Assembly: GCA_964036045.1 (NCBI GenBank)
Contig: OZ038379.1
Span: 3,286,001-3,350,000, forward strand
DNA length: 64,000 bases
Direction of reading: 5' to 3'
Source of the DNA: Eutreptiella sp. 'Long Island Sound 2002'
Lineage: Eukaryota; Protista; Euglenida
Position 1 is the stretch's first letter. Each line of letters opens with the position of its first letter. Under the pieces are notes generated by a model. That model was not told the DNA's origin. It saw only the letters and a program-made list of their open reading frames with translations, and did no database searches. The position numbers were made by a program, and so were the translations under genes. Positions 1-13,880 of the stretch are shown here, one piece after another.

Positions 1-625
1 CCCCAAAATGGGGGACCCCCGTACGGGGGGGGGGGGTCAAAATCCGAAAATTCATCTGGGGACCATTTCCTGTCCAAAAATGATGATTTCACAAGGGGTT
101 GGACTTCCGATAGCACAACTTGGGGTATGCTACGCGAACGAACCCAAAAAGAGTGGGGGCTGGGGGGGGTGCAGGACGGCCGCGCCTGTTCTAACAACCT
201 CTCTTCCAGGCGATTCTACGTTTTACTAGAGACCAGGCAGCGGCCCAGACCGCACACACTGAGTTTTGGCGGCGGCCTGTCCCTCCGCAATGAGGCAGTC
301 TTTTTTTTTTTCAACGAAGTACAGCCTGACGGTGTTGAGTGGCAGGCTTGCCGCCAACCGGTGGCGGCCGCTGTTGGGCAACCCCTTAGACATGGGCGGC
401 CCCTTTTCCTGACCTTCATGGTTCGCCCAATCGCTACGGAGGGAGGGGCCCCGAGCCCTTTCCCCCTGTGCGGCCTTCCGTCCGTTTTGTGCACGCCGGA
501 CCCCCCGACCGCCCCACGCCCTGACTCGTAGATGTAGGGGCATGTGGTACTTGTGTGGCGTGCATGCGCAGACCCTCGGAGCGTGGACCCTTTTCGCAGG
601 GGAGGGGCCACGGGGGGCCACATAC

Positions 626-724
626 CTGTCTGCGATGAGGTCAGTGACGGTGTCATCGTTAGTGACGGTGTCGGTGTTCGTGACGGTGTCATCGTTGGTG
701 TTGGTGTCCAGGTGCAGGGCTCAG
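626..724 (-). CDS. Exon of modular extracellular protein: Thr/Pro mucin-like stalk (AEPCTWTPTPTMTPSRTPTPSLTMTPSLTSSQT)
   Basis: Acceptor ctctcag| and donor ACAG|GTATGT; 99 nt, phase 1-1; joins in frame to the 3420-3875 exon. The gene probably continues beyond the left edge. Confidence 0.75.
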
Positions 725-3419
725 CTGAGAGATGTGCGGAATACATGACGCCAGTGGGGCATGGCGGGGGGGGGGGGGGGGGGGGGCTGGACCCAGTCGC
801 ACTGCGGCCCAACCCCCTGTCTGTCAAAAACCGGGGGCGGGGGGTTCGGCCGGCCCAGGGAGGTGGGGGGGTGGGGGGGCGGGGGGGAGACCCCAACATA
901 CAAGGCCGGAAATGATCAGCGCGGCCTAAGTATCAGTTTGAGGCGCGTGATGTTGGGGGTACCAAATGTTGCGAAAATCGATTGGACCCTTTTTTCGGGC
1001 CAAAGATTGTTTTTCCGGGCCCAAATGAGACCAACTTCGGTCGCGCGTGTCACACCACTGGACGCTATCTTTCATGATCCGGGGGGGGGGGGGGGTCGCA
1101 TGCAACGAGCGGGCCCGGCCGCTCACCATTCTGGGGGTTGGGGGCTTGAAATCTCTTTACGATGAACGAGATAAAGGCAATGCACTCCGTGTTGCGACCT
1201 GAGTGCATCCTCATTCTCCAGATGCAGACCCGGGTAAACCACGATGCATATCATGAATCGTGACGGGTGTCTGTTGATGGATGAAGACTCAGTCTCTTGA
1301 CTACGTGTGCACTACATTACCATGTGCCACATCACACACCACCACCCCACCTTTGCATACAGACATGCCCGTTACCCCTTGTCAGCACAACAACACAACT
1401 GCAACCGCAGGGGGTGGGCCCAGCGGAGAAGGATCGGCGGGTGTCTAGCGGGTTTGGGGGGGGGGTTGGGATAAAGAGGGGGCATTACGGGCACGGCCGG
1501 ATGTGCTGTGGGCGGGGCCTCTTGAAGACGTACCTTTGTTGTTCGCAAAGCCACCCGACAGGGATTCTGGTCGCGGCACGGAGGTGATTAACCCGCTCGA
1601 GGGGGGGCCTGGGGAGCGGAGGGGGTAGGCCGTTAAGGGCACGCACCGCAGCAATGCGCGCGGATCCGCAGCCTCCTCTGCCTGCCTGCCCGCCGCGCAC
1701 CAAGCCGAAGGGCACGCGCTGTACATCCCCGTCTTTGTGGGGGGCTCCGTGGGCGAGGCCACGGCCCCACCATTGAGCGCACGGAAGAACCCGCGACGCG
1801 CTGACAGTGGACACCGACGCGGCGTTTCAAACGCGCGCGCGTGTGTGTGGGGTAGGCTTTGGCCCTGGCTTCCGATGCCGCATCGTCAACCATGCCTCTG
1901 AACGGCGCCACCGCGCGTGCGCGCGGTGAGGGCGGGGGCTGGGGGGGGGGGGGGGGGGGATTGGAATGGGAATTGGAGGAGAGTCCTGCCACCAGCGCGC
2001 CACCCAGGACACTGGCACATGTGCTGTTGGGCGCTGGTTGTCTCTGCGGACCCCCACTGCAGCCTTCGCGATAGACAGGTGAGACAGGTACAGTACAGGG
2101 AAGTCGTGCCTTGCCCCCCACGCCGTACCTAACCGCAGAACACGCGGCCAATGCGCATAACACATGGCAAAAAGACACAGGCATGGGGGACGGAGTGTAT
2201 GGCTCGTAGCAGAGACTGGGGGGCGCGGGGTGAAGATCGTATCTAGTACAAACTATGGCGCTAAAAATCCTGTCCCAAAGCCTAAACGTGATGTGCCAAC
2301 TCTGCCCCCGCCCTCACCCGATCATCAGAGCCCCCCCCCCGCCCCGGGCTGCGGGCGCACAGCGCCGTATGTGGGGCCGAAGACCCCCCTAATGCAAAAT
2401 TGACCATTTGGACTCCGTTTGTGGACACGTGCACACCCCCCCGTATGTATGTGCCATGCAGCGGCGGGGTTGGCGACGTGCAAGGCGGCCGCGGTTTGTG
2501 GACACTGATGATGCGCGGCCGCCAGCGGCAGACCTGTGGTTTGTAGACGCAAGGAGGTAGTACTTGTGAGATAAAAAAAAAACGCTGAGTAACACCGTTT
2601 ACCCGGGCACACCACCGTGGAAGTCGGCGTGCAGTGCCGTGTGCCGCATGGGGGGTGGGCGCTCAAACATCATGCAATTATGTCCATTTCTTGAGAACTC
2701 TGTTGATTGAAACACTGGAGACGCCAAAGGGCTGTGGGGCCTGGGTCCCAAACCTTAAAAATGGGCGAAGAAATTGCGGCGGCAGATTGTTATTGGAACT
2801 TCTTGGTCGGAACCCCCCACCCCCCCCCGGAGCGGTTGTGGAGAGCTGATTCCATGATAGCAGTGGGTGCTGGGACCGTGTCCAAAGAGGCATGCACAAT
2901 GGTAGGCCGGAGCCCACCACGTCACGCTATCTCATGCAACCTTGCCGCGGAATGTTTCGACTGCATCACTGCTGACTGGAGGGCGATGCCTCGGATCCAA
3001 AACCATAGAAAGCCATGTGATTGTCCAATCACGTCATCTTGCCTCCTCCGACCGGAGGCGTGCGCTGCTCTCACTGTGCCGCGGCGAGGCCTCCGTGGGC
3101 CCTTCGAAGGACGTCACCAGAGACTGAAGCCCAGGCCTCTTGACGGCATTCGAGACGCACGCCCCCGGCATTGGCCATCGGAGATCCAACCCCGCGCGGA
3201 ACGCAGGGCACGCTAGCCTTATTTGACAGTGCTTGTCCAAAGTTCGGTTGGGGGGGGGGTGGGGATAGAGGCCGAGTGAGTGTACCAAACTTCCGGGTGT
3301 ACGTACGTGCTCACCTTTTGGGGAGGGCATCCTCCACACAAGTGATGCATGTTCTACCAACGCCCTGCGGTGAGGCATGGGCAGTGATTTGCAAATGACG
3401 GGAGGGGGGGATGGCACAC

Positions 3420-3875
3420 CAGTTGTGGGGCATGTGCAGCCACGGAAGACGTCAAGGCTGACTCCGGAGGTAATGCCCGTCATGGTGAACGTCCCGCCAG
3501 GAAACGTGAAAAACTTGAACGACGACGACCCGGACGGCCCACAGTCCCGCGGGAACCCGACGTCGTTGTCGTTGAAGTTGCAGAACGTCCAGGCGTTCGC
3601 GTCGGCGATGGCGTCGTCCTCACTGCTGTAGAGCTTGAAGTCCGTGTTGAAGGTGTTGTAGGTGTCGGACCAGTAGGACGTGAACAGGGTGTGCGGGTCG
3701 AGGGCGTGGGGCATGCAGGTGAGGCGCTTGTAGATGGCAAACACGGCCCCATTGAGCACCAACCGCAGGACAGGGCACTGGTTGAAGATCTCGTTGAAGG
3801 ACTCGATACCGATGTCCAGCGTCGTGGCACTAGCATCCGAGCTCAGTTGCACGGCTGCTTCCCAGTCGGATCCAA
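3420..3875 (-). CDS. Exon of modular extracellular protein: Cys/Trp-rich module A, copy 2 (FNQCPVLRLVLNGAVFAIYKRLT...WTFCNFNDNDVGFPRDCGP)
   Basis: Acceptor cacaacag|, donor ACTG|GTGTGC; 456 nt, phase 1-1; GC3-rich codons; clear paralogue of 15952-16416. Confidence 0.88.
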
Positions 3876-4785
3876 CTGTTGTGGAACGATGACTTCACAC
3901 CATGGTTGACGCTGAGGCCAGGGATTCGCTTGAAGGGGAGGAGGGCTATGGGGGCAATACCAGAGCAGCTACAGCGGGCTGCAAAGCGGTTGGGGGGGCG
4001 GTTACTGGCGGTTAGAAATGCGGTTGGGGCTGTTGTTTGGGATATAAGAATGCCATTTGGCTAGAGCCAGGGCCGGAGTCTTTCGAACAAATGCGCAAGT
4101 ACGCCTGTGGCGTGCAGTCCGTCCACGCCCGTCCCTGCTCTCTCCATTTCTGGATCGAACCCGACTCACCCACCAGGGGTGCTGCTGCTTGCTGGTTTTG
4201 CTCTTTATGCCCCCGTAGGAAGCCTGTGCTATTGCACGTGCGCACAAGAGGCGATCAGCACAAAAAGTGCAGGAAGAAAATGGCTCGTCAGTGGCCTAGA
4301 AGACCATAGGTACCTTCCTGTTACAAAGAGTGCAACGCGAAGACAACCTGTGGGTGGGACACCGACAAGTAAGCAGGAACTATGCAGCGGTATGCACCTG
4401 ATGCTCTGGCTAAGCACTGGCCCCTGGATCTGCCATATATCATCAAGAGTTCATGTATGGACTGACAGTAATGGAAATGCAGAGCCCCCCCCCCCCCCCC
4501 CGCACAACTCTTACAGCTCTGCTTCGTATCATCTACACCACGGCGCTGCGTACGCCACCCATTACCGGACTTCATCTGATGCATTTGCCTGTCGGCACTC
4601 GTTAGTCTCGCACCTCCCGTCACATGCGCCTCATTCCCTCCCGCTTGTCGCCTGCCCTCACTTTGCCTTTGTGGCTGTGTGTCTCCCTCGCTCCTCCACG
4701 TCTTTGCCATCCCCCCCCCCAAGCCCCTTCCCCACTATGTACCTGGACCCCACAAAAAAATGGACCGGCCACGGGGAGTCCATAC

Positions 4786-5019
4786 CTGACGTATAGCACG
4801 CGGCCGAAGGGACGTAGCTGATCTCATTTGAAGGGGAGGCAGTCAGCGAGGACCCCGCCCGAACAGTACATGCGCCGGAGCTTGAGCACGTCACTGCAGG
4901 GCAAACCGCTGAGCCCAAGTCCAGGCACTTCGCTTTCGCATCTTCCAGGCCATAAATTGTTGAGATTCCATTTGCATAATTGTCGGAGTACTGGTTCGTG
5001 TAAGTGGTCCAAGAGCATG
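4786..5019 (-). CDS. Exon of modular extracellular protein: Cys-rich PAN/apple-like module B, copy 2 (AKAKCLDLGSAVCPAVTCSSSGACTVRAG)
   Basis: Acceptor atccacag|, donor TCAG|GTATGG; 234 nt, phase 1-1; Cys spacing parallels 13881-14090. The fold assignment is inference. Confidence 0.82.
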
Positions 5020-6329
5020 CTGTGGATGTGGTACGTGTGCAGAGCAAGAGGCGCATGGGCCTAGGCTGTGGGCAGGTACCACAAGCAAGTATCCGAATGC
5101 GCTCACACAAATCTGCACCCACCCACCCACACACACACGCAGTTGCTCGCTTACCCTCACTCCCAGCCACACACACACACACACACACAGACACACACAC
5201 ACACACACAGTGAGGGAAACCAGAACAGAAACACCCAATGTGGACGATAAAGCCAGTGAACTGCACACCAGGGCAGGTGGCACACTGGTCTCCAAATCCT
5301 CGTCAGGCCAATGACAACAAAATGTCATCATATCATGAAGGCGAGGCGCCTTTCTGGTGCAGAAAAGAGCAGACGAGAGTGCCGTGTTTATCATTTCATC
5401 TTATAGAGTCATTTATGAATCCACAGCCGTGTTCATTTAAACCCTCCACAACCAGAGAGACAGGGGAAGATGTGGAGAAGTCTGAGGTGCATGCAGCATC
5501 ATTTTCATGCCTACTGTAACATGCCACATGCCTGGCATTGCGCTGACTGGGGCAGATACACTTGCAGGCAGACAAGAGGTAGTACATTAGATCCAGGCGT
5601 AATCAACTGCTCACACACACAGACACACGTACTCCCATGCCGGCATAGCTGGGGACCATGTGTGGCAGTGTAGGACGGCTGATACTTACAGAAAGGACAG
5701 AAGGATGAAACACTTGTGGCTTGAGGGCTTCCGCTTGTAGCATGAACACCACTGCAGGTGGTTGCGCAAAAGACAGACAGACACTACTACGTCTTGTAAG
5801 TGTCCTGCGGACAGGCCCTATAATACCCGAGATATGTGCCCACGGGGAGGCAAAATGCCAGATGTAAACGCTCAAAGTCATGATGCTAGCAGGTGGGGCA
5901 ATTCCAAAATGGGGAGGTTGTCATGCTTGCATCATGAGTGGGCTGCCCACCGCTCAGCCTCTATGGCACCCCCGCCCCCCCCCCCATCCCCTCTGCACCA
6001 AGTGCCCCCCTCCCCACCAACCAAGTCAAGGGATGCCCTTAGGGACCACCCTAGTCAGCGGCACACTGCTATCAGCAAGTTTCGTGTTGCCCTGATGTGT
6101 CAATGCTGCCATGTGACCCATTGCATCAACTGGTTAAGAGAGCACACACACTGGTGTCACCAGAAATACAGCAGCTGGTTTCTCCTAGATGCATTCTTTT
6201 CACATGGTACATCGGGATCCTAGAATCCCAATCGCAATAGGCTGCGCATCCACGCGCACCACCTTGCTGACAGTGGTCACGTCTGCCAGTTTTGTGCTTC
6301 CAATGTGGGCCAGGGGAGGTCCAGCACTG

Positions 6330-7800
6330 TGGTCGGCGGGCAGGGCAACTCCCCCCGTGGGGGCAGGGTGGGCCCGACTTGCGGAACCTTGGTAACATGC
6401 CTCGAGCCACACGGCAATATCCGGTTGCGACAACCATGGTGCAAGGGCTAAAGGCGCGCTTCCGCTTATAGTTCGCAGGGGAGGGTTGGGAAAGGAAAGA
6501 TCCACCACTTTCTATGAAGGTCGAAGACTGTGTGCTTTGGGGTGAGAGAGTAGGACATTTGACTCTCTAGTCACAAGTGCTGCTTCTTCCCTTGTGGAGT
6601 TGTGGCAGATTGGAGGAGGTCCTCCATGTAGCAGCGGGTAGCAGTTTGGCAAAGGGAATCTTCCATACGGCAACGGATGGCTAGAGGTGTGGGCTAAGGT
6701 TGGCTTGGCATTGTGGTCTACAGGCATGGCTGCTCAACCCATGTAGGCATGGCCGATCAACCCATGTAGGTGGGGGCGATCCAACTGGACCTTGAAAACG
6801 TGCCCAAGGCTTTGTTTTTGGTCATCACAAGCTTCCACTTGCCGTCTAGGGTGGGGTTTGGGTGGTCCATGTGCTATGGCTGTTGGGGAGGGTCGCAAAG
6901 CCTCGGGTCATGCCATAGCTACCTTGGTGCTACTGCTGGCTCCCAGTTGGGCCAGCGTGACGTTGCTAGCCAACCCTCTGGCTCCTGGTTGCCGAAGCAA
7001 ACTTGAACGGGGAATTTTGTGGTGCACCAAGGCAAGGGTCCATGCGATAGCAGTTTTGGTGCTACTGCGCACCTCCGCACCCAAAAAATTGTTGGGGTAG
7101 TGGTGTGTGAGGCCGCCGGCAGTCATGCTAGCAGTGGCTCACATGTGGCTGCCCCGCTTTGGGGTGGTGGTGGGGGGGGGGGGGGTCCATCTTAGTCCCT
7201 TTTGCGCCCCCGAAGAGGACATTGAGGCATGGAGGATTGGTGGTGGGATTTGGTGGCGATTAGTGCGGGCTGGCTCGATATTGTGGCCTACAGGCAGGGG
7301 TGCACACTTGTGCAAGAGGGATAGAACCTACAAGACCTCCGAAACCTGCCCCAGGTTGTGCTCCAATGCTCGGCGGTTACAAGCATTGTCATGGGGTGGG
7401 GTGTCTTCACTTACCAATTGGGGGAAGTCTGTCCGCATGCTGTGGTCATGGGGAGGGTTGTAAAGCCTCAGGTCATGCCGTGGCTACCCTAGTACAGACA
7501 CCCATACCCAGAAAATTGTACGGGCAATGGCATGTGAGGTTTCCAGCACTCCAGTAATGCCTCACCCAGTGCCACCAAAAATGAGTACTGCACTTTGTAC
7601 CCCAAACACTGTTGGGGTACCACGCGAGGCTGCCGGCGCTTGTTTTGGTAGCCGCTCACGCACTTACCCCACTGTGGGGTTGGTGGTGGTAGGGAGGAGG
7701 GATTAAGGGGGGGATGGGTAAGAGGGGGTATGGCATGAAGCCTTGGTATTGGTGTTCTTGTTAGTGGCAGTGCCAATTGGCCTGTCGTCACTTTCATTCT
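6330..7800. repeat. Old dispersed repeat (probable degenerate retroelement); homologous blocks at ~26270-27850, fragments at ~3275-3350, ~8640-8700, ~9105-9170
   Basis: Colinear similarity, e.g. gcggaacc..ggtaacatgcctcg.gccacac.gcaata and gctcaccttttggggagggcatcctccac; no intact ORF. Confidence 0.7.
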
Positions 7801-9348
7801 GTGCTATTCTACTGGGCACTCTCTCCATATCCTCCTCTCTCACAGCTATCGCTTAAGCCAGTGATGACTCTGCCTCTCACTCCGACTGCACTTCTAGTTG
7901 TCACTCTCACTGATCATAGCTTGTAACTTGCGTGGTCATGGAGAGCCATGGTGGGGCGCTACACTTATGTGACTGGAAATGCTTGGGCGCCAAGTGCCCT
8001 TAAACATAATACCACCGCCATTGTAACCACGGCAATTCGTACGTCAGTTTTTGGAGGTCCCGTTATGGGAGGCTGCTTTTCCAAGGGGGGGGGGGGGCTA
8101 GCCAAGCAGTTCCCGTGACTCCCCCTCCCCATGGTTTGGCAAAGAATTCCCACGGTGCCCAAAGCGCTTGAGCAGTGTACTAGAAGTGTTCAGACACAAA
8201 TGGATCAAAAGCGACATGCACACCAAAATCACCAAATCCCAAGCCTGAGGCTGGCTCATCTTTGTTGGGGAAAGGGGACTATCCGTTGGTAAGGAGGAGT
8301 TGGACCATAAAAGTTGGAACAAGGCAATACATTTCTGAAACGGCCTTTTCTCACAGATTTCAAAAAGTATACACGGGACGAAATTTTGGCGCATTGGACC
8401 AAAAGTTCATAAAACCTAGGAAAAGTGCCAAAACCCACCGTGTTGGCGCACTCTGAATGATCCCGAGAGATATGGGTATGGGAGCGGGACAGCTGACCCT
8501 CCATTCACATCTGCTGCTTCGGCCCTCGTGGCGTCCACTCTGCGTCACGCGCAACAGGCCTCACACAAAGTCCTCGCCAGGACTGCGAGGTGTGCAATTT
8601 TGCATGGAGGGTGCTCTCCACCACTGATGTGGGAAATGGTACACTGGGCTAGAGGTGTTGTTCCAGATTGGTTCAGTGTGGACGAAGCCCCGGCAGGTCT
8701 TACCTTCTTAAACAAAGCCATCCACCAAGAGCCTGCAGATGGCGAGGGGATGGGGGGTGGGGGCAGACCGGGGCTAGCTGCCCCGTCTGTGCGAAGTCTC
8801 ATTTGTGAACCATAAAGGTCAGGAAAGGGGGCCGCTTAATACGTCCGTGCACTAATTCAGGTTTCGTGGAGGAAACCCTTCATCGCTGTGGATGGCCCAT
8901 GTTGTGTGACACAGCACATGGGCTGCTTGCTGTGCATCGGGTCTCAGTTGTTTTCTGTGCTGACGGGACAAGGGGGTTGGTTCGGGTTGGGTCAAGGCCT
9001 CATCCCGACGCCCGGGACCACGGACCCAGGGGGGGAGTGGGGGCTGGGGGGGTCTGGTGTGGCGCTGTTGTCGCATGTCAGCTCGTGTGCACAAATAGAA
9101 GGAGGCGAAATGTGCTTTGGTGCGTGAGAGTAGAACAGTTGCCCCTCCGCTCACAGGTGCTGCTTGGCCCCCATGGCATCCACACTTGCTTCCTTCGGCC
9201 TCTTATTTCAAAGTGCAGCCTGGGCTGGAAGCCTTTTCCCCTTGGAAGTGCCCCCTCTCCTTGCACTAGGTCCCCGCATACTCTCCCGGAGTATATACCC
9301 AACGATGCCAGGGAGGGGGGATTCTTACAGCAGGACAATCTCACAGAC

Positions 9349-9633
9349 CTTTGGAACAGAGAGTCCAGCCCGTTCCCGTTAGAGTGATCGATGCTCGCTG
9401 GGTCTCAGAATAACACCGGCACCCGTACGAACCACTGGCAGCATTTTGATACATCCAATTGAAGACAGGCGCATTGTGACTCACACAGAGCGCATAGCAC
9501 TTCGTTCTGGTGTCACAGGCGCTGTCACAGCTGGGATACTGGGCGACCACGGCGTTCGCGCCAGTTCCGCCGGCGTTGGTCAGTTCCGTGCCCCAATTGT
9601 CGGAGTATCCGTCCGTACAGGAGTACGCGTCCT
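9349..9633 (-). CDS. Exon of modular extracellular protein: Cys-rich module C (CDSACDTRTKCYALC...YGCRCYSE)
   Basis: Acceptor ttttctgtacag|, donor AAAG|GTCTGT; 285 nt, phase 1-1, open frame. Confidence 0.8.
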
Positions 9634-9753
9634 CTGTACAGAAAAGCGATTGCCAGGCTGTAGAGAGCCTCACAAGCGATGCAGGCAGCGCAACCGCGCT
9701 TCCTCAGAGCCACTGCTGTAGAAGTCCGCAGTACTGCAGTTGCGCATTGCTGC

Positions 9754-12320
9754 AGCCCAATAGTCCCACACCCTCACAGCCCCACCAGCATCGCAGCCCC
9801 ACAGTCCCAAAGCCCAATAGTATCGCATCCACACAGCCCTACAACCCCAGAGCCCCAGAGCCCCACAGTACCACAGCCCGACACCCCCACAGCCCCACAG
9901 CCCCACAGCCCCACAGCCCCACAGCATCACAACCCCACACCCCCACAGTCCCACACCCCCACAGCCCCACAGCCGCACAGCCCCACAGCCGAACAGACCT
10001 ACAGTCCCACAGCCCCACAGCCCCACAGTCCCATAGCCTCGGAGCCCCACAGCCTCACAGCCCCACGGCCCCGGAGCCCCACAGAGCCAGTCCCACAGCC
10101 CAAGAGTCCCCCAGCCCCACAGGCCCACAGGCCCACAGGCCCATAGCCCAAAAGTCCCACAGCCCCACCGCCCCACAGCCCCACAGAGCCACAGAGCCAC
10201 AGCTCCAGTCCAAAAGCCGCAGAGTCCCACAGTCCCATACCCATACCCCCACGGTCCCACAATTCCACAGCCCCACAGGCCCACAGAGCCAAAGCCCCAC
10301 GGTCCCACAACCCCCCAGCTCCACAGAGCCCCAGAGCCCGACAGCCCGACAGCCGCACGTCCCCACAGCCCTTCAGCCCCACAGTCCCACGGCCCTCAAG
10401 TCCCACAGCCCGGCAGCACCTCAGCCCCTCAGCCGTACAGCCCCACAGTCCCACAGCCCAACAGTTTCAGAGCCCCACAGCGCCACAGGCCCTCAGTTCC
10501 AATCTTCATTGTTGTGTCTGGCATTGGGGGAGAGTTTGGTCACCCCCAAGGTGCCATTGTGCAAAAATGACAGGCAAAAAGGCATGTGCTTTTCATGCTG
10601 GTTGGCTACTAAAGTACAAGAAGTGTCCAATGCTGTGTCATTCGTGTCCCACGACCCGCATGCCCAGAGCCCCACAGCCCCAGAGCCCCGCAGCCCCTCA
10701 GCCCCACAGTCCCACAGCCTCACAACCCCGCAGCCCCACAGCCTCACAGCCTTACGGCCCCACAGCCTTAGGGTCATTAGGGTCGGCCAATAGGGGGGTC
10801 ACCGACCGACACCGCCGGCGATCACGTCAATGTCCACTTGGGGGTCAACAGGCACCATAGGGTGGTGGCGCGGCCGACGTGCCGTATCTGCTCCTCCTCC
10901 TTCCCCTCCCAAAGCATCACAGTCCCAGAGCCCAACAGCCCAACAGCCCGTAAGCATCACAACCCACCAAACCCTCAGCCCCACAGCCCCACAGCCCCAC
11001 AGCCCCACAGGCCAGCAGCCTCATAGCCTCAGAGCCCAACATCTGGATGTGCCCTGCATCACAACAGCCCCACAGCCCCACAACGCCTCAGTCCCACAGC
11101 CCCACAGCCTCATAGTCCAATAGTCCAACTGCCTCGCAGCCTCACAGCCCAACTGTCCTGCAGCGCCACATTCCCACGGTCTCACGGCCCCACGGCCCCA
11201 TAGCCCGACAGCCCCACAGCCCCGCAGCCCCACACTCCCATGTGAACACAGCCCCTGACCATGAAAGCCCCACAGCCCGACAGCCCAACAGCCCTAGAGC
11301 ACGAAAGCCCAGAGCCCAATAGCCCCACATCCCCACAGCCCCCGAGCCCCAAAGCCCCACAACCCAACAGCCCCATAGGCCCGCAGCCCCACAGTCCCAC
11401 ATACCCACAGCGCAAAAGCGCTACGGTCCCACAACATCAAAGCCCCGGAGCCCCACATCCCAACATCCCCACAGCCCCACATCCCCATAGCCCCACCGCC
11501 CCAACCCCCATCGCCAAAGCCCCAAAGCCCCACATCCCCACAGCCCCACCTCGCCACAACTCCAAAGCCCCTGAGCCCCACGGCCCCATGGCCCCACAGC
11601 CTAGCCCAGACTCCATAGCCCCACAGAGCCATAGCCCTACATTCCCACAGCCCCCAGCCCCAAAGCCCCACAGACCTGCATCCCCACAGGCCCACAGCCC
11701 CACAGCCACACGGTCCCACAGCCTCATGGCCTCCCAACAATCCCACCGTGCCACAATGCATCCCCGCAAGCCCACACTCCCAAATCCCCACACCGCCTCA
11801 GCCCGAAAGCCATACAGCCCCACAGTCCCACACCGCCAAAGCCCAAGAACCCAGTAGCCCAACATCCCCAGAGCCCCACCTCACCACAGCCCCACAGCCC
11901 CACAACACCTCAAACTCATAGCCCCACAGCCCCAGGGTTCCGCAGTCCCACAGCCCCGTGGCACCAAAGTCCTACAGGGTGCTATGAGTTCCAACTTTCA
12001 TTGTCATGTCTGTCATTGGGGGAAAATTTGGTCATCCCAAAAACACCATTTTGCAAAAATGACAGGCAAAAAGCCATGTGCCTTCCATGCTGGTTGGTTA
12101 CTATAGTATAAAATAGTGTCCAATGGTGTGTTATTCATGCTCCACTACCCCACATTCCAAGAGCCCCACAACCCCACAACCACATAGCCCCATTGCCTCA
12201 CAAGCCCGCTGCCCCATGGCCCCATGGCCCACAGCCTCACAGTCCCACAGTCCCACAGCCTAAAAGCCCATCTCCCGACAAACCCACAGCCTCACAGCCC
12301 CATAGCCCCACACCCTCATA
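9754..12320. repeat. Degenerate (CCCCACAGC)n intronic satellite, ~2.5 kb
   Basis: Very many 8-10 bp variants of CCCCACAG; source of the spurious PHSPTAPQ and CGAVGLWG ORFs. Confidence 0.95.
10494..10670. repeat. ~175-bp unique-like unit embedded twice in the CCCCACAG satellite (second copy ~11988-12165)
   Basis: Both copies share ttccaa..ttcattgt..tgtctg.cattgggg...gcaaaaatgacaggcaaaaa.gc.atgtgc.tt.catgctggttgg.tacta...tgtccaatg.tgtgt.att. Confidence 0.9.
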
Positions 12321-13567
12321 GCCCCAAAGTCTTATGCACATCCCCACAACCCCATGGTGGCATAGGGCCCAATGCTGAATGAGAAGGGGATGTTGGGGGG
12401 GGGGGGGGGGGGCATTGACATGGTGACGGCAAACCCCACAAACCGCTGGGCCGGTTAGACACTTGGACAAAACCGCTTGAGATGATGAATGCGCGTATTA
12501 GACAAGCACACGTTGCACAACTCATTGTTGCATTGGTTCAAAGGCGCTGTGGTCTACACAACCTTCAATGCACACTGAGCACGCACGTAATCCCAATTTT
12601 GGGGCAACACGGTGTCTCCGGTGGTAGCTCCGCTGCCCATGCCCATAATTGTCCATGGCAATTGAATATTGTTCATTGCCTTTTATGGGTAGCACGTAGA
12701 AACCCATATTGCTCAGCAAATGTGGAGTCCTTTTTGAAAGTACTCCCGAGCTTCAAACCCTCTATCCACTGACTGTGGGATGTGGTGGCCTGTAACACAA
12801 CAATTGCTTGGATAGCACGGGCCATCACATTAAAATCTGGGGTTGGATCTTGGGATGGGGTAGCAGATAACTGTGACATGCTGCTGCCCGCTGACATGGT
12901 GCTTGGCTGGGGCATGGTGAACCCAGCGATTGTAGGGCGGTGAGGAGTTGTAGCGCCTGCAACTGAAAAAACCTTCTTCTTGAGGCGACCTTTGACAAAA
13001 GCTAGCCGATAAGCCTCTGCCAAAAGGTTAAAATTGCGCGGGTGTTGCGCAACAAAGCGGGGCTTCACAATGTCAGCACAAGTGGAAAGGGAAGAATGCA
13101 ATCTGAAGAGCTAGCCTGCCGTGTTGCTGCATCAATCACAGAACGGCTATGAGATTGAGGATGGCATGCAAGGAGATTTGTTGCAGCCTTGTGCGCAAGA
13201 TTGTGGGATTGCAAATTCTTCTTGCAAGTAAGGTGGTCTCCATACCTGAAAAATTGGATGGCTAATATTAGCGCACCGGTATCAATGGGCATAGGCAATT
13301 TGACATTAGGCTTCAAAAACTTTTCCATGGGTGCTTGTAAGTCATGGAAAAATGAAGCAACAACCCCAGGACCCCCCACAGAAATTAGTTGACCCTCAAT
13401 GGATGAAATGAACTCATAGTACATCGAAAAATTGTAAATATGTCATCAACCCGTTTCCAGATTTTCCCAGAGCTTGAAGGGGGTGTTGCGGGGGGAGGGG
13501 TCCAAGAGGGGGGGGGGGGCGGGGGGGGGGGGACCATTGCCAAAAACGATATCCTAATTCAGGCCTG

Positions 13568-13768
13568 TCAGGGCCACAGCCCCACAGCCCCACAGTCCCA
13601 CAGCCCAACAGCCCCACAACCCAACAGCCCCACAGCCTCACAGCCCCACAGCCCCACAGTTCCACAGCCCCACAGCCCCACAGCCCCACAGCCCCACAGC
13701 CCCACAGCCTCTCAGCCCCACAGCCTCACCGCCACACAGCTCCACAACCTCAATGCCCCACAGCCTCA
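13568..13768. repeat. Continuation of the (CCCCACAG)n satellite after a ~1.25-kb interruption
   Basis: Same repeat unit as 9754-12320. Confidence 0.92.
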
Positions 13769-13880
13769 GAGACCGATATGGTAAACGGTAAATGGTGAAT
13801 GATTGTGAAGAACTTCAGAGAGGACTACAGGCCCACGGCAGATATAAAGCAAACGGTCATTACGGCTTTCCGAGACATAC

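Noticed and set aside
3034-3212. Possible terminal exon (CPAF...SEEAR*) of the extracellular gene
   Set aside because: A better-supported phase 1-1 exon exists downstream at 626-724; this could only be an alternative end and has no domain support.
9510-11865. Long ORFs rich in PHSPTAPQ or CGAVGLWG (up to 427 aa)
   Set aside because: These are translations of the CCCCACAG satellite, open in several frames on both strands.
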